Part shown: positions 38,586-51,794 of the stretch, piece by piece
Layout of the letters: each line of letters begins with the position of its first letter
Position numbering within the stretch: the first letter of the stretch is position 1
DNA from: Thalia democratica
Taxonomy: Eukaryota
Assembly: GCA_965202585.1 (NCBI GenBank)
Contig: OZ241826.1
Coordinates: 91,822,001 to 91,886,000 of the forward strand
Direction of reading: 5' to 3'
Length of the DNA stretch: 64,000 bases
Made by a program: the position numbers and the translations under genes
The notes under the pieces: model-generated
Databases searched by the model: none
Told to the model about the DNA's origin: nothing
What the model saw: the letters and a program-made list of their open reading frames with translations, nothing else

Positions 38586-38935
38586 AAAATGGCGTGTTGA
38601 ATTACGGCCTAAACAAATTATTGATCACTTTTGTAAAAGTCGTAAAACTTTTATATTCAACATTCAACACTTTCAATGTTTGCGTTGGACAATTGAAAGC
38701 TTGTGCAAACTGTACGTAGCTGTTAATGATGGCAAATATCATTAAGATATCACTTTATTAATTTTAATGAGGCTCCTACATGTCTGACGCTAAAAGTTTT
38801 ACTGCTTTTCTGATGGATAACGTTCATCAATCGCTTATTCGTGGTTTCGGTTTAAACCCTGGGTGACCCATGTAACAATGTTTGCCAGCTATTTAATTCT
38901 TAAGGTAATTTACACCTTGGGAATTTGTTGTCGTT
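38586..38935. promoter_or_regulatory. Candidate Evx enhancer, near-identical copy at 49431-49760
   Basis: Core 38663-38901 vs 49501-49739 has 7 differences in 239 nt by manual alignment. No ORF. Contains GTCGTAAAA and a TTAATGAT..ATCATTAA inverted pair. Confidence 0.6.
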
Positions 38936-41187
38936 TAATAAGATCAATATAAATTTGCTTATTTTTTGTTGGCGCTAAATTTTACTGCCCCTGTTTTACA
39001 GCCCCACTTTACTAGCGTCTACTGTTTGATTGATGGCCGGAAAGTTTTGGAGTTTATGAAAAATAATATTTTTTTTTGAAACGTGAGAAATGTAGTAATT
39101 TTTGAGTATATTTTTTCAATGCTTTATTTCTTTTCTCTTTTAAAAATTTTAAATTATGTTTAAGATAAAGTGATAAACATTAAACTATGGTGAAATATGT
39201 TTTTTAATTTTAGTTGCAACGTCTCATTAAAAAAAAACAACAAAGTTATTTTTTAACTCAATTTATTTTCAAGTATGAAACACTCGAATAAATAAAGCTT
39301 CAATAATTAAAAACATACTTCTTAAATTCATACATTTGGATTTAGTACATAAGTTCTAAATTATCTCAAATATCAAAAAAAAGGATAACTTTATGAAGTT
39401 TTTTTTTATGCTTACAAAAGAACATAACTGTAAATATAGTAATAGTAAAACTTTATTTATTAAAGTAAAACTAATAGGAAATAGGATTGACAAAAATAAA
39501 TTTAAAAACTTTACAAGTATTTCTCTAAACATGTATTTACTTCTTATTTGAAGTATTTAAAATTAGATTTACAAGAATACTAATAAAGGATATTTAATAA
39601 ATTTGCTATATATAAATAGTAGTTATTTCTCAAAAGCTATAAGCTTTCTATAAAAGACCAGACTGAACCATCAGTCAATAATTTATTTTACTTTAAAACT
39701 TATTTACTCTTACAACGTTTAGTATCTTGTTTTCTGTCTCTTTAGGTACGTACACACAAAGCTTCTTTAATGTTGAGTTAAGCTTTTTAAAGCACGAAAG
39801 TATATAGATAGTAGAAAATAGTGTAAGTTAGTTTGTACATTAAAAGCTTCTAAGCTTGTGTATTTTAGTTAAAATTAAGTTTATTTTTAATGTCGTTAGT
39901 TTTCATTTACGTTTATGTTAATTAGTTTTTGATAAAATATCTAGTACTACATTATAGTAAAAAAAAAACTGAAAAATCAGTAGTCTTTTGTTTTTTTAAT
40001 AATGTTGATTTAATTTATAGCTAGTTATAGTTTGCCGGCTATATGACTAAAGGCAAATATTTTAAAAGCGTTGGATTGAATTTGTCAGAACAATATGATC
40101 AGACTTGAAATGTTGACATTCTGAATATGAATGTCTGTTACCCTTCTAACTTTAAAAACATTCCAACAATATTATTTATCTTTTTTGTTCTTACATACTA
40201 ATTTTTCACCCGTCGCATTTGACCTACTGCGGCAGACAATAAGTCGCCTTGTTAGCGATGCTTGTAAAACAATTTGTTAAACACCTTAAGTGTGAAAAGA
40301 CACGCACAAAAGAAGCCGTAAAACTTTAAGCCGTATAAAAAGTGATGTGGTGTTTATTTAGATTACATTGAAAAAAAAAGGTTTTGTAACAGTTTTAGTT
40401 TATATACCACTTTAACTTATAAGAAGCATTAGAGTTATTTCAATTTAGCAAAGACTTTACTGCGAAACAAACATGTAGCTGTCTACCAATAAGTTACTGT
40501 AATATAAGCATGTTAAATACACTAAAACTTAATAAAAAAACTAGTACTTCATAAAAAACTAAAACTTTTGTTCATGAATAGTTTTTAGTTTACAAATGTA
40601 TTTTTATTAGACATTTATTTTACTTTAGTTATACTAAAGTAAAGATAAGCGCTAATTCGTTTTTTTTTTATTATTCTTTACGTTTTATTCTTTGCTAACT
40701 TGTTTCATTTCAGAAAAATTTTTTTATTTAATTTTCTTTCGTTTTTCATAAATGTTAAAAAAAACTTTAAAATGTAAATTGCTAAGCTGAGGATGCTAAC
40801 AGCTTTATACAATTATATTATAATATAATTAATATTCAGCTTATATTTAGTTTTAAATTTGTTCTAGAAGACTTGAAAAACTTACAGACTTAAAAACATA
40901 ATTAGTAGAAAAATATACTTATAAAAAATATTTGATTTCAAACTTTTGAGAAGTTTTTATTCACATAAAGCTGTAACTTTTTCATATATTTAATTGGGTT
41001 GTTCCTAACTTTTTAGCCAAACCATTACCCGAAAAACAGCATTAAATTAACAAAGGTTTTTGTGAAAAATATATATCCGTTATTAACTTGATTGTGTTTC
41101 TTACTAAAGTACTTTGAATGTAATTATGTTAACAAATTTGCATTTACAGAAACTTTCATAGAGTTAATCTTTCAAACAAAAACAAAA

Positions 41188-41496
41188 ATGATGCCAACCA
41201 ACCGTATGAAAGACGATGAAGAAGCGGAAAAAAGAAAGTTGTACTTCGCCAGGCAGTACCAGCAGTACCAGGAGTTTCTCAGAAACAAGGCCAGCAGCCA
41301 GCACAGCAGTCCGTTGCAAAGTGACACCAAGCCACAGAATTTAGTAATAGGCAAAACTTCGGGGTCAAGCGACCAGCAAGGCTCGATATTCACACAAGAA
41401 TTGTACAAGAACACGGAAGTGAAGCGCAGCGTGAACCCCGCCATTTTGAAGAACATCATAAAGTCGCAAGCTAGTTCGTCGGTCGCTGATGCTCAG
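41188..41496 (+). CDS. Evx: Even-skipped homeobox protein, exon 1
   Basis: MMPTNRMKDDEEAEKRKLYFARQYQQYQEFL...ADAQ, donor GTAAAA, phase 0. GC-rich coding style. Confidence 0.75.
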
Positions 41497-42037
41497 GTAA
41501 AAATCAAATAATACTAGCTTAAAATAAAAAATAAACAAGTAATTAGTTAAACTTTTTGTAATATATAATGATATAAAATGAATCTATAGTGATAAAAATT
41601 AACACCGTTTGAAAGTAATTTAGCAAAAAAAAGCGCTTAACATATTTTGAGAAGTTTTTTAGCTTTAAAAACTGTTTTATAGTATTAAAATAGTTTAAAT
41701 TATTTCCTGATTGTATTAAAAGTCATATTATAACATTTTATTAATAAACAAAATTCATAGAAAGTAAAAAGAGAAGGTTGAATTTTTTTTGAACTTACCA
41801 GCTGATAAAATAAATAAAACTTTTGATTTAACTGTACCAGCTAATACACGAATAATATTACAGTACAGTTCCGACTAAAAAATATTTTTTATACAATGTA
41901 ATCCGTTTCAACCTGAAAATTATATTGAACTCGTTTAAAAAAAAAATCTTAATAACCAAAAACAAACTAATAATTAACTTAATAAACATAAACAATATAA
42001 CTTAACACAACTATCATTTTTTCTTAAAAACGAACAG

Positions 42038-42265
42038 CAACCGCAGAACAGTTCAAAGTACCCAAGTGCCGCCCGGCAGATGTCGCCCACCACGCTGCAG
42101 AACCAGCACAACATGAGCCTGGCCAACATGAAGCGGTACAGGACGGCGTTCAGCAGGGAGCAGATCAGGTGCTTGGAGGAGGAGTACCAGCGGGAGAACT
42201 ACGTGTCGCGGCCGAGGAGGTGCGAATTGGCGGGACAACTCAGCCTGCCCGAGTCAACCATAAAG
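42038..42265 (+). CDS. Evx: Evx exon 2 (homeodomain helices 1-2)
   Basis: [58 protein letters not shown] is diagnostic of Evx/eve. Intron at IK|VWFQN. Confidence 0.95.
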
Positions 42266-42970
42266 GTTGTTAATGCGGGTTATTATTATTTTTAAAGAGC
42301 AGTAATTAATTAATCAGACCTTATAGTTTGAATTGTTAGATTTTGACTGATAAACGTAGTAATTTGAAGCTGACCCGGGTCCACTATAAAGGTTTGACTT
42401 GAATATTATAAATTAAACTTGTGATAATTTAGTATGCACAATGAATATTTTATAACATAATCAATAAAGTTTAATTGCATCATATATCAGTTGAAAAGGT
42501 TTTAATTCGATGTTGTATTTGTTTTGATAAGTTCGTGCTGAAATGGACCATTTGCTAAATATATTACAGCTTTAAGAAAAATTAGTACAGTCCAAACCCA
42601 AAATGTAAGTTTTGGCTTGGCCGTGTATTTATAAAATATACGCTTATCATAAATTGAAACTTGTTAGAACTTCACATACAAAAGTAGTACTTAATGACTA
42701 GTATTTTTGTATCTAGTTGTTTTATTATCTTTATCGTAAAAAATCAATAGAATTCGTGTATAATGTTAAAATAAAGCTAAAACAAGACTCTTATTATACA
42801 AACACTTATTATAATTCAATCAAAAAAAGCAATACTTTTAGTAAAAATACCAGAAATAAACTGCTTGCCTGTCAATAAAAGATTACTTTCTAAGTGAAAG
42901 GTGTATGCTATAATACTTAATATAACTTAATATACTACGGCGATTTTTTTACAACAAAATAAACTGTCAG

Positions 42971-43181
42971 GTCTGGTTTCAAAACCGTCGCATGAAGGAC
43001 AAGAGGCAGCGTCAGAGGTGGCCGTTTTCCCTGTTCAACCAGGAAGACCCGGTCATGTGCGCGTTCATGCTCTCCCACTTTACCAACATGCTCTACCACC
43101 AGAGGCAACAGCGAACGGTAAACTTTTCCAACCAGGCGATGCCCATGCACCAGGCGCTACCGATGTTGAGTCAGCACAAAG
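42971..43181 (+). CDS. Evx: Evx exon 3 (homeodomain helix 3)
   Basis: VWFQNRRMKDKRQRQRWPFSL... Acceptor CTGTCAG, donor GTCAGT, phase 1. Confidence 0.93.
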
Positions 43182-43701
43182 GTCAGTTTGTTGCTGTTGT
43201 TAGCGGAATTTTAGCTTGGTATAAATTTATACAACCTAAGTAGATTTGTAATAAACTTCTCACTAATACGAGAGTTTCTAATAAATAGGAACACCGAATT
43301 AATAAATCTTAAACAACTACTACTTTTTCTATAATTTTTTTGTTGTGTAAAAGAGACCAAAGCAAAGTATTATATGTACGCAGATGTTTTTTATTAGTTC
43401 AGATAAAGTATGTATTTAGTTTTAGGGTACTCCAAAATATTTGTAAAAATAAAAAAACATTTATACTCATAATATAGTAATTTCTTTTTAAAGCGATGTT
43501 ACATTGAAAGCAATAGCAAGAAACATAAATATTAATTACATACACAAACTATTTTAATTAGTCTTAAAAACAGCTTATTTTTTTAATTTTTTAAGTAAAT
43601 AAAAACAAAGCATTAAGGAAACGGAATCTAAATAACTTCGCTCATATCACGAGTAATAATATAACCTCACAAAAACTGTAAACTGTGTTATTTTTTTACA
43701 G

Positions 43702-44072
43702 CTCAGTGCAGCAAAACTTCTGAGGAATCGATCAAAGAACTCCAAGACGAGCTGAAACCAGCGACCAATCAGCTGTCGTCTTCCAGCTCGTCTCCGAGCA
43801 TTGTGACGTCACCGAGCCTGGAACCAATCAGCGCGCAGAAAACGTCACCGGTCGTCCAACCGAAAGTCCTCATGCGGCCCAGCCTCGCTCAACCGTTCGG
43901 CGTCGGTTATCCGTTCTTCCAGCCTTCGATGTTTAACTCCCCTGCTATGTACCACGGAAGGTTCGGTTTGGGTGAAACCCCTTTTCTGAGGGAGAACGTC
44001 GCGCAGCAGAATAATGCGAAACTGCTGCAGTCCGCCTTCGCCGCTAGGAACGGTTCAGGCGGAAGCTTTTAA
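43702..44072 (+). CDS. Evx: Evx exon 4 (terminal, Ser/Pro-rich)
   Basis: Acceptor TTTTTACAG, in frame to stop 44072. Total CDS 1119 nt = 372 aa. Confidence 0.8.
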
Positions 44073-46053
44073 CTTTCTTTCATGGGGATTTTTTTTCAAC
44101 CTACGCTTATGTACTTGTGTTTAATGTTTTTTTGTATTATATATTTTGATTACACTGTGAAGCATTGTAAATCGGTTTGTTTTAAACAGTATTGTGAAAC
44201 TTTATAACAGTCTTTTATTGCAAATAGGGCTTTGGGTGTATATTTCAGTTTGTAGTTGTCTACACTTAGGTGCAACTTACAAACTTCTAATTTTGTCTTA
44301 CAGAACAATTTTTTTAAACAAAAGTGAAACTACAACAAGAATAGATGTTTAAGACAAAACAAACTTTTGGTATCTTCAAAATATTTTATTTAAATTTGAG
44401 TTTACAGAATAAAGTAAGATCAGTATTTAAAACACTTGGTTTATATGAAATCTATAACTATTTTTTATTTTCGTTGTTTTTGTAACCTAAGTTTGTTCGG
44501 TTTTGTACTCTTTAAAACAGTAGATTATAAATTTAGAAATTACTACTAAAGTAATTTCAACCTTGGATAGTTTTATGATATTAAATTAATCATTAAGTTA
44601 GTATTCTAATTAAAAGTATATAAAAAACTTTTAGTAATAAAGGTTTTTCAAATAAAAAAGTGTTGCATCATAAAAGTTTGTTTGTTCTTTTTGTTTTAAT
44701 GTTCTTTTTTTCTTTTTTGTTTCACTTTGGCGAAATAAAGTATGATAGAGTAGTATTTATTTTAGATGCGTTAATATTTTCTTGTCAAAAGTACAACTTC
44801 CGTTAACAAATAAAACAAGGTTACTGATAAAGATTTGTTGTTTGTTTATAAAATGACTTTTAATTTATTTATAGGTACTAGAAAACATAATTTTATCTAA
44901 TACTAAATAAAACTAACTTAATTTATAAGTTAGGTGTTCTTAATACTTTTTAGAATAATAATTAATTAACTAACAAAAATATTTTTTTTTAATTTTTATA
45001 TAAAGGGTTTAAAAAGATCATTTTAATTTGTTAGTTTAAAAGATGTTATGAATTAGTTTTGAGTAAATTTTAAAAAAACATTGGCAAATTTAATTTTCTA
45101 ATTTTATTAAAACTAAGTTTGATAGTCTGTATTGAGTATAGTTTGTAAATCATTCTTTTGGATTAAGATAAAACAACTATTAAAGATTTTTATAAGAAGT
45201 ATAACATTATTTTAAACTTTCTGCTTACATAAACTACATTACAGAATTGTATTGAGTCGTTCAAAAAGTATGCTACTAAATAAATTAAATATTTGTCTAC
45301 AAAAGTTTTTAGGAGCAGTTAAAACTAATTTCAAGAAATACTTTAAGTAAAAAAACAAACAAATTACAAACAATGTAGCGTTTGTACTAAAAAAAAAAGA
45401 TTATTATTTGAATATTCTAGTATGCTCTAGGTGATTTCTAAGATAAAATATGTGTGTAGATTTTAAAAGCGTTATCAATAATGTGTTTAATGAAATTTAA
45501 GGTATAAGAAAAAATTTGATATCATGCATATTGTTATAAAAATTTAAAACTTTTGATATTTCGCTGCCATCATTTGGATCTTATCAAAACAAGTTTAAAC
45601 TAAGTTTTATTTATATAATAATTGTTATATTACGGAGGTATTTTTTTTGATTGCTTTATTAAATGGTGTACAAGTGTTATTTTTAGTGGTAAACATACAT
45701 TAAAATAAATTTGAAATAAATATAAATAATTAGCAATTAGTAGTAACAAACCGTTTTTATTAAAATTAAAGTACGAATTTATTCAATCTAAACAACAATG
45801 TATAGAATGTTAAGGTGACATAACTTATTGCTTCAATAAATAAATTGAAATATAAATGTGAAAATTTTACTTAAAATTATTAAAAAAAATAGTTTATACC
45901 ATACATATTGTTGTACTTTAAGACTTATCTAAAAACGTATTTTATAGAATAAACTGTGAAGTATAATATGCAGTTTGTTATTTAACAACTAGGCAAAATG
46001 AAAAATGTAGAAATTAAATCCAGACTTGTTCAACACTGCTTTCATTTAAACAG

Positions 46054-49000
46054 CAGTCAACAATTAATCAACTAAATTTTCGTCTTAAATTGACTTAATG
46101 ACGTCACACTGCCATGTTATCAGCTTGTACTGTTGCGCATTAAGCGTGTGCCTTATGTAGGCTCAACATGCATGAAAGTTGTCAATACTGTGACAGCAGA
46201 AAGATTAAAGTTTCTTAAACTGCATTTTGATTAACATAAACAAAGAAAAAAACTCAATAAAATTTCAGTGTACTGAGTTCAAACTCTTGGAATATTTTGT
46301 TTAAGTATCAAAGTAAAGATTGAATCAAAAAACTTAAAAGCAAAAACTAGTTATTTTACTTTGTTATGAAAAAAACTCATAGTAAAATCTAGCTAATATG
46401 TATTAAAAGACTTTAGTAACCTATACATTATATGTTTAGTTCATAGATTAGGTGTTTTAGATTTAATCTTTGTTTAGCAAGTTGTCGTAATTTAAAATCA
46501 TACTGAAATCTTTTTAGTCAATAATTTTTTTTTGCCATAGCAGCTTCTAATTGAGTCAGTAATATTCTAAATGTCATAATATTTATCGTTTTCAAACATT
46601 TTTTCTTTAGATTTTGTTTACCATACTACTTTTTTTTTTAAATACCTTTTCAAAGAACGGTTGGGTTTGGCATACCATATATTTGACTCTATGCTTTTAA
46701 ATTTTTATGAAGTTGAAAACTAAAAATTTCTGCTTTAACGACATTAATGGAATTATAAAAGATATAAAGTCTTTTTTTGAATAGCCAAAACTGTTTTGTA
46801 TGCAGTCGACTAAAACTAATTTCGCATTTGGTTTTTGTAAGTTTAAATATCATAAAAACTGGCAGGATTATGTTAGACTAATTGTTGTTTAATTGGATTG
46901 TATGTTTGTTGTTATTGATGTTTTTTTTTGTTTTTTAATTGAACAAACATTTTAGAAAATAGAATTTTCAAATACCGTGTTGAATATACTTTTAATGTTA
47001 AGTTATACGGCTGTAGTAGACATTATGTTTCCACTGCACTAAGCTTTTCTTAAAAAAAAAGTTAACTTAGTTTCCTATTTAAAAAGTTGAGTTTTGTGAA
47101 AAAATAAGTTAATCTAAGTTGATCGTTATACAACTAAAAATACAAATAAACCTTTATCTTTAAATATTAGCGGCTTCTTAAGCTAAAGTAATTTTTAACA
47201 AATGACTTCTAAATAATTTTTCAATTAAAAATAAAAGTTGTTCTAAAGTTTACTTTAAAGTAGCTTAAATTTTTTAAAATTAATTTGACTTAAAGACAGT
47301 AAGCTTGAGTTTGCATCGTGGATTATATTGCTATTAAATTTTACTGCTTTTATAAGAAATAGTAGCTTTAAATTCACTCTGCATTAAATTTTTCTTGCAG
47401 TCAAAAGTTCACGAAGACATACAAAACATGAGAAAATTTTAGTGAATAAAATTCTGAGTTTTATAACTAAAAATATTTCTCTCGTTATTTAACGACTAAA
47501 AAATTCATTAAATTGAATATTTATCATCGCAAATTTGGTTTCTAGCTTTTAATACTTCCATCATTAAATAATAACGTATCAACTTTTATCCGTGTTTTTT
47601 TAACAGTATTGGTTGTAAAGTTTCTTTGTTGCAACAAAATTATTAGTAGCGATCGTTTAAGTATTCACGTTTTCTTTAAGTTTTAATTTCCAAGCTGCAA
47701 CTTGTTTGGTATGAAAATAAAAAGTTTCTTCACTTAAAATTAAAAGTCACAGTTTTTATTCAATTAGTTTCAGAGGGTAAGATAATCATATAAAATTTGT
47801 GCAAATAATATTAAACCAGTAATATTTATATAACAACTATTTTTGAGTTGTTTTTAGTGCTTAAATATTTACAATTTTCTTTTATAATGAAACTAAGCTA
47901 TTAAGTACATTATTCAAATTAGAAACTTTGTAGCATATAAAAAAATAGTTTGTTATTATTTTCAGTTTTTTAGCTATAACTTAAGTTATAACTTTTGTAT
48001 GCGGTAAATAAAAACATATTTTAATAGCTTTTTTATTTAAGAACTACCAGCTTTCTTGTACCTAGTTATTTTGATTATGTTTGAAACCCTGGATTATTAG
48101 TAAAGCTGAAGATAATATAGTTTATTGCGATGTAATGCTAAAAAATACTTATAACAGCAATCAATCTTAAAATATAACATAGAAGCATAATGTTTGAGCC
48201 TGTAAAAAATATATTATTTATTAAAGTTAGTTTTAAACAGCGAAACTATGAACTAAAACGTTTTTGAAAAAGTTTATTTTTACAATTTCATTACAAATTA
48301 AAGTTACTTATACGCTTGTACGAAAATTTTGTTTGCTAAATATACACCTTTGCTTAAACCAGGTTAAGTAACTTAGTATAAATTTTTGTACTTTATAGTT
48401 TTATGTATGTTGTTTTTTTTTTGTAATTTATTTAGCTAAGTAAAAAAGAAATACATCGATAAAATGTTAACTAATAATTTGATTTCAAAAACTAAGTTTA
48501 CTTAATTTCTATAGTTAAACCTAAGTTTTACACAAACAGTTCAAAGTTTTTATTGACCACATTGACTATAATGAACGTAAATGTAAAATTAGACTAGCTT
48601 TTTTTTAAATTCCTTATTGGTATGATTTTTATAAACTGTATTCTACTTTGTTTTATTTTTAGCCAGCTAAAACCTAAAAAGTTACTTAGTAGGTTTGTTC
48701 AATATTTAGTAGACATGATTTAAAATTACATTTTAGAAAGTCAAGCTAATGTTTGAATTAACTTTAGTTGGAAAGTAAGTTGTTAAAAGCTAAAACATTA
48801 AATAAGAATCAATTTTGTGAGAAGTTATTTTTATAGGTCTTAGTACTTCATTTACTTTTTGAACGCTTAAATAGGTTTTTCTTAAAAATAAGTGGTTTGT
48901 AATCATCAGTAGTTTATTTGATTTTATAGAACAAAATACTTGACTGACTGTAGTAATAATCATTATCGTTTCTAGAAAAATAAACCTACCGAACATTTAA

Positions 49001-51150
49001 AATCAAAGATTTACAAGGAACACGTCTGTTCAATACTAAGTACTTATGCTATATATCTGACAAGTTCTCATACTTGTAAAAAGTTACTTAGAAAGTATAT
49101 TCAATGTTTAGAAAGTATTAATAGAATCAAATATCAGTAAATCAAGCTAAGTTGTTAAAATCTTGAAATTAAATAAGAATAAATTTTGTCAGAAGTTATT
49201 TTTATGTACCTAAGTGGTAGATTTAAAATAATTTGTAGTTAATAGTAGTTTGTTTGATTTTGGAGAACAAAATACTTGTACTGACTGCAGTAATAACCAT
49301 TGTCATTTCTAGAAAAATAAATCTACCGAACATTTTTAAATGAAATCTTTACAAGGAACTTGTCTGTTCAACACTATCTACTTTTGCTATATATCTGACA
49401 AGTTCCCATAGTTTGTTTTATTTTCGAAACAAAATGGCGTATTTAGTTACAACAGGAACAAATTATTAATCACCTTCACATAAGTCGTAAAACCTTTACA
49501 TTCAACACTTTCAATGTTTGCGTTGGACAATTGAAAGCTTGTGCAAACTGTACGTAGCTATTAATGATGGCAAATATCATTAAAATATCACTTTATTAAT
49601 TTTAATGAGGCTCCTACATGTCTGCCACTAAAAGTTTTACTGCTTTTCTGATGGATAACGTTCATCAATCGCTTATTCGCGGTTTCGGTTTAAACCCTGG
49701 GTGACCCATGTAACAATGTTTGCCAACTGTTTAATTCTTTGTTTATATCTTGTGAATTGGTTGTCGTTGAGTTGACATTTTTTTTTTCATTCCCTAAAGC
49801 TCTTATCTTTATCTTTAATTTAACTGCTCTCTTGTTTTTGCTATTGTTGTGGTTTTTGTTGTTGTTGGAGATATCTTTGAACAGGATCCTCTATCAACTG
49901 AGAATAGAATTAATAATGATCGTTTTTGTTAAGATTGATAAATTAAGGAGATTTTATAACAATAATAGAATCGTATTATTATCGAAAAATCGTTTTTCGT
50001 TTATCAATTTAAGAAATTGTTATAAAGTACTTACTTAAAAACTTTTAAAGTTTTACATAAATAAACCGAAAATTTTTGTATCAACTAAAATAATTCATAA
50101 ATTTTAATGTTTTTTTTGTATCTAAATATCTGTAGTTTAAATAATTTTATAATAGCAAGTGAACTTTTATTTTAGATAATTTTTATTCAATTTTTTATAC
50201 TGTTAATTTTCACATAGTTTGAGAAACCGTTAATTTTTAAAATACTAAAAACAAAAAGTTTAATAGTTTTATATTTATCAAAATGGTTTAAAAAAAAAAG
50301 TATAATTATTCAAAATATCTAAAACAAATTTTATGTTTAAGAAAACTCGTATATTTTATTATTCAACTTATTATAACGAGGTTTAATTATCAAAAGAGAA
50401 ATTTTTAATAAAGTATACTTAAGTGAAAATGGAACATTGATAAAAAAAAATTGTTTTTAAAGGCGATAATAGCGTTTAAAACTTCGTTTTTGAAATTACA
50501 TCAAATCCATTCGAAATTTTTTTTTTCTTGGCGATTACTTGAAAATATTTTATGAGCTTCAAATATATAAAACACAAGTTTGTTTTAGTAACTTTAGAAA
50601 CTTCAGAATAAAGCTTATATACTACTACAAATATTTATTTCAGATTAAATTTTCTTTATATTAATTAAATAATCTATTATTAGATTGCTTTAATACTATT
50701 ATATTACTTATTTACTTATTTACTACTAATAATACTTATATGAACTTTACATTAAACATTTTTTAAAGTTTTAAAGACCTGACGTTCAGGATAAATTAAA
50801 AAAAAGTTTTTAAAAATTTTTAAGTAAATTATATGATTTTAAATAATTATAAAGGTTAACTTTCAAGTTAAAACTTTAAACTTTTTTAGTAAAATAGTAA
50901 CACAAATGCACACTAGTGATTAATTGTAATTTTAATATTTTATCAAACACTTAAAATTGTTACGTTTGAAAACTGCTTATATAAAAAGTTATAACATAAC
51001 CTGTAAAGCTGGCTCTTTTAAATTTATTTGTTTATTCATCGTGAATGACGTACGTACAGTGTAGACTTTAAAGTCGCTGTTTGTTTAATTTAATTCTTAC
51101 TCAAGCTTCAAGTGTGAAAAAAAATTGCAACAAAAAGGTATGAAATTAAG
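46054..51150 (+). repeat. Direct, diverged duplicate of the Evx upstream region (33.8-40.3 kb)
   Basis: Four collinear matches: 33811-33893/46054-46158, 35706-35820/47310-47430, 38586-38935/49431-49760, 40221-40330/51046-51150. Confidence 0.75.
48801..49410. repeat. Tandem duplication of a ~250-bp unit (48801-49073, 49171-49410)
   Basis: Shared GAACAAAATACTTG..CTGACTG, TTTCTAGAAAAATAAA.CTACCGAACATT and GCTATATATCTGACAAGTTC. Confidence 0.8.
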
Positions 51151-51387
51151 TGTTTAAAATTTATGTTTAACCTAAGTATTGGTTTAAGGTACAACATTCT
51201 AAGTTACTAAATTTTATTTGATAGTCCACATTTTCAACCAACAAATCTAATTTATACATTATTTTGATATTCTGGTTTAAAACATTTTGTTGTTATAAAT
51301 AAAATAAATAATAAAGAAAATAAAAAATTCTTCAGAATTAGATTTTTAAATAGTCAAAGTAAGTCCTATGTTTTTTTTTAACTTGAG

Positions 51388-51521
51388 TCCGTGATCACCA
51401 GTCCCTACTTCATGCTTGTGGACGACAAGACGGCTCGGGTGCACACCCTAGTGACCAACTTCGTGTCGTTGGGTCTCATGTGCGTCAACAGCTTAGTGGT
51501 GCTTCAAGTCTTTCACAATAG
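51388..51521 (+). CDS. 5'-truncated duplicate GPCR, first remaining exon (TM5); functional status uncertain
   Basis: SVITSPYFMLVDDKTARVHTLVTNFVSLGLMCVNSLVVLQVFHNR matches the end of GPCR exon 3 with a 6-nt in-frame deletion. Donor GTGAGT kept. In-frame ATG at 51412. Confidence 0.55.
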
Positions 51522-51794
51522 GTGAGTGTGCCTTGTACAATTACTATATAGTATAACTAACTTTAGTTTGATAGTTTTGGTTGTAATGGTGTCGTTTGAA
51601 GACAGCTTGAAAATAATCGAGCAAAAAAAAAACATAAAAAAAATTGTTTATTTAATTAGTGGAAAAATACCTTTCTTGTTTACTATTTACTCTTTGACAA
51701 AGTAAAACTAATCAAAAAACTTATAACTTTAATAAAGTAGTAAAACCAAATGTAGTTAACTGTAGCATACAAATCTAACATACATGAACAACAG

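Noticed and set aside
1879-43203. Short antisense or alternate-frame ORFs over exons (1879, 8706, 8725, 8759, 11336, 11947, 24007, 27549, 27643, 28328, 41172, 42053, 42935, 43018)
   Set aside because: Shadows of GC-rich or otherwise genuine exons, where stop codons are depleted.
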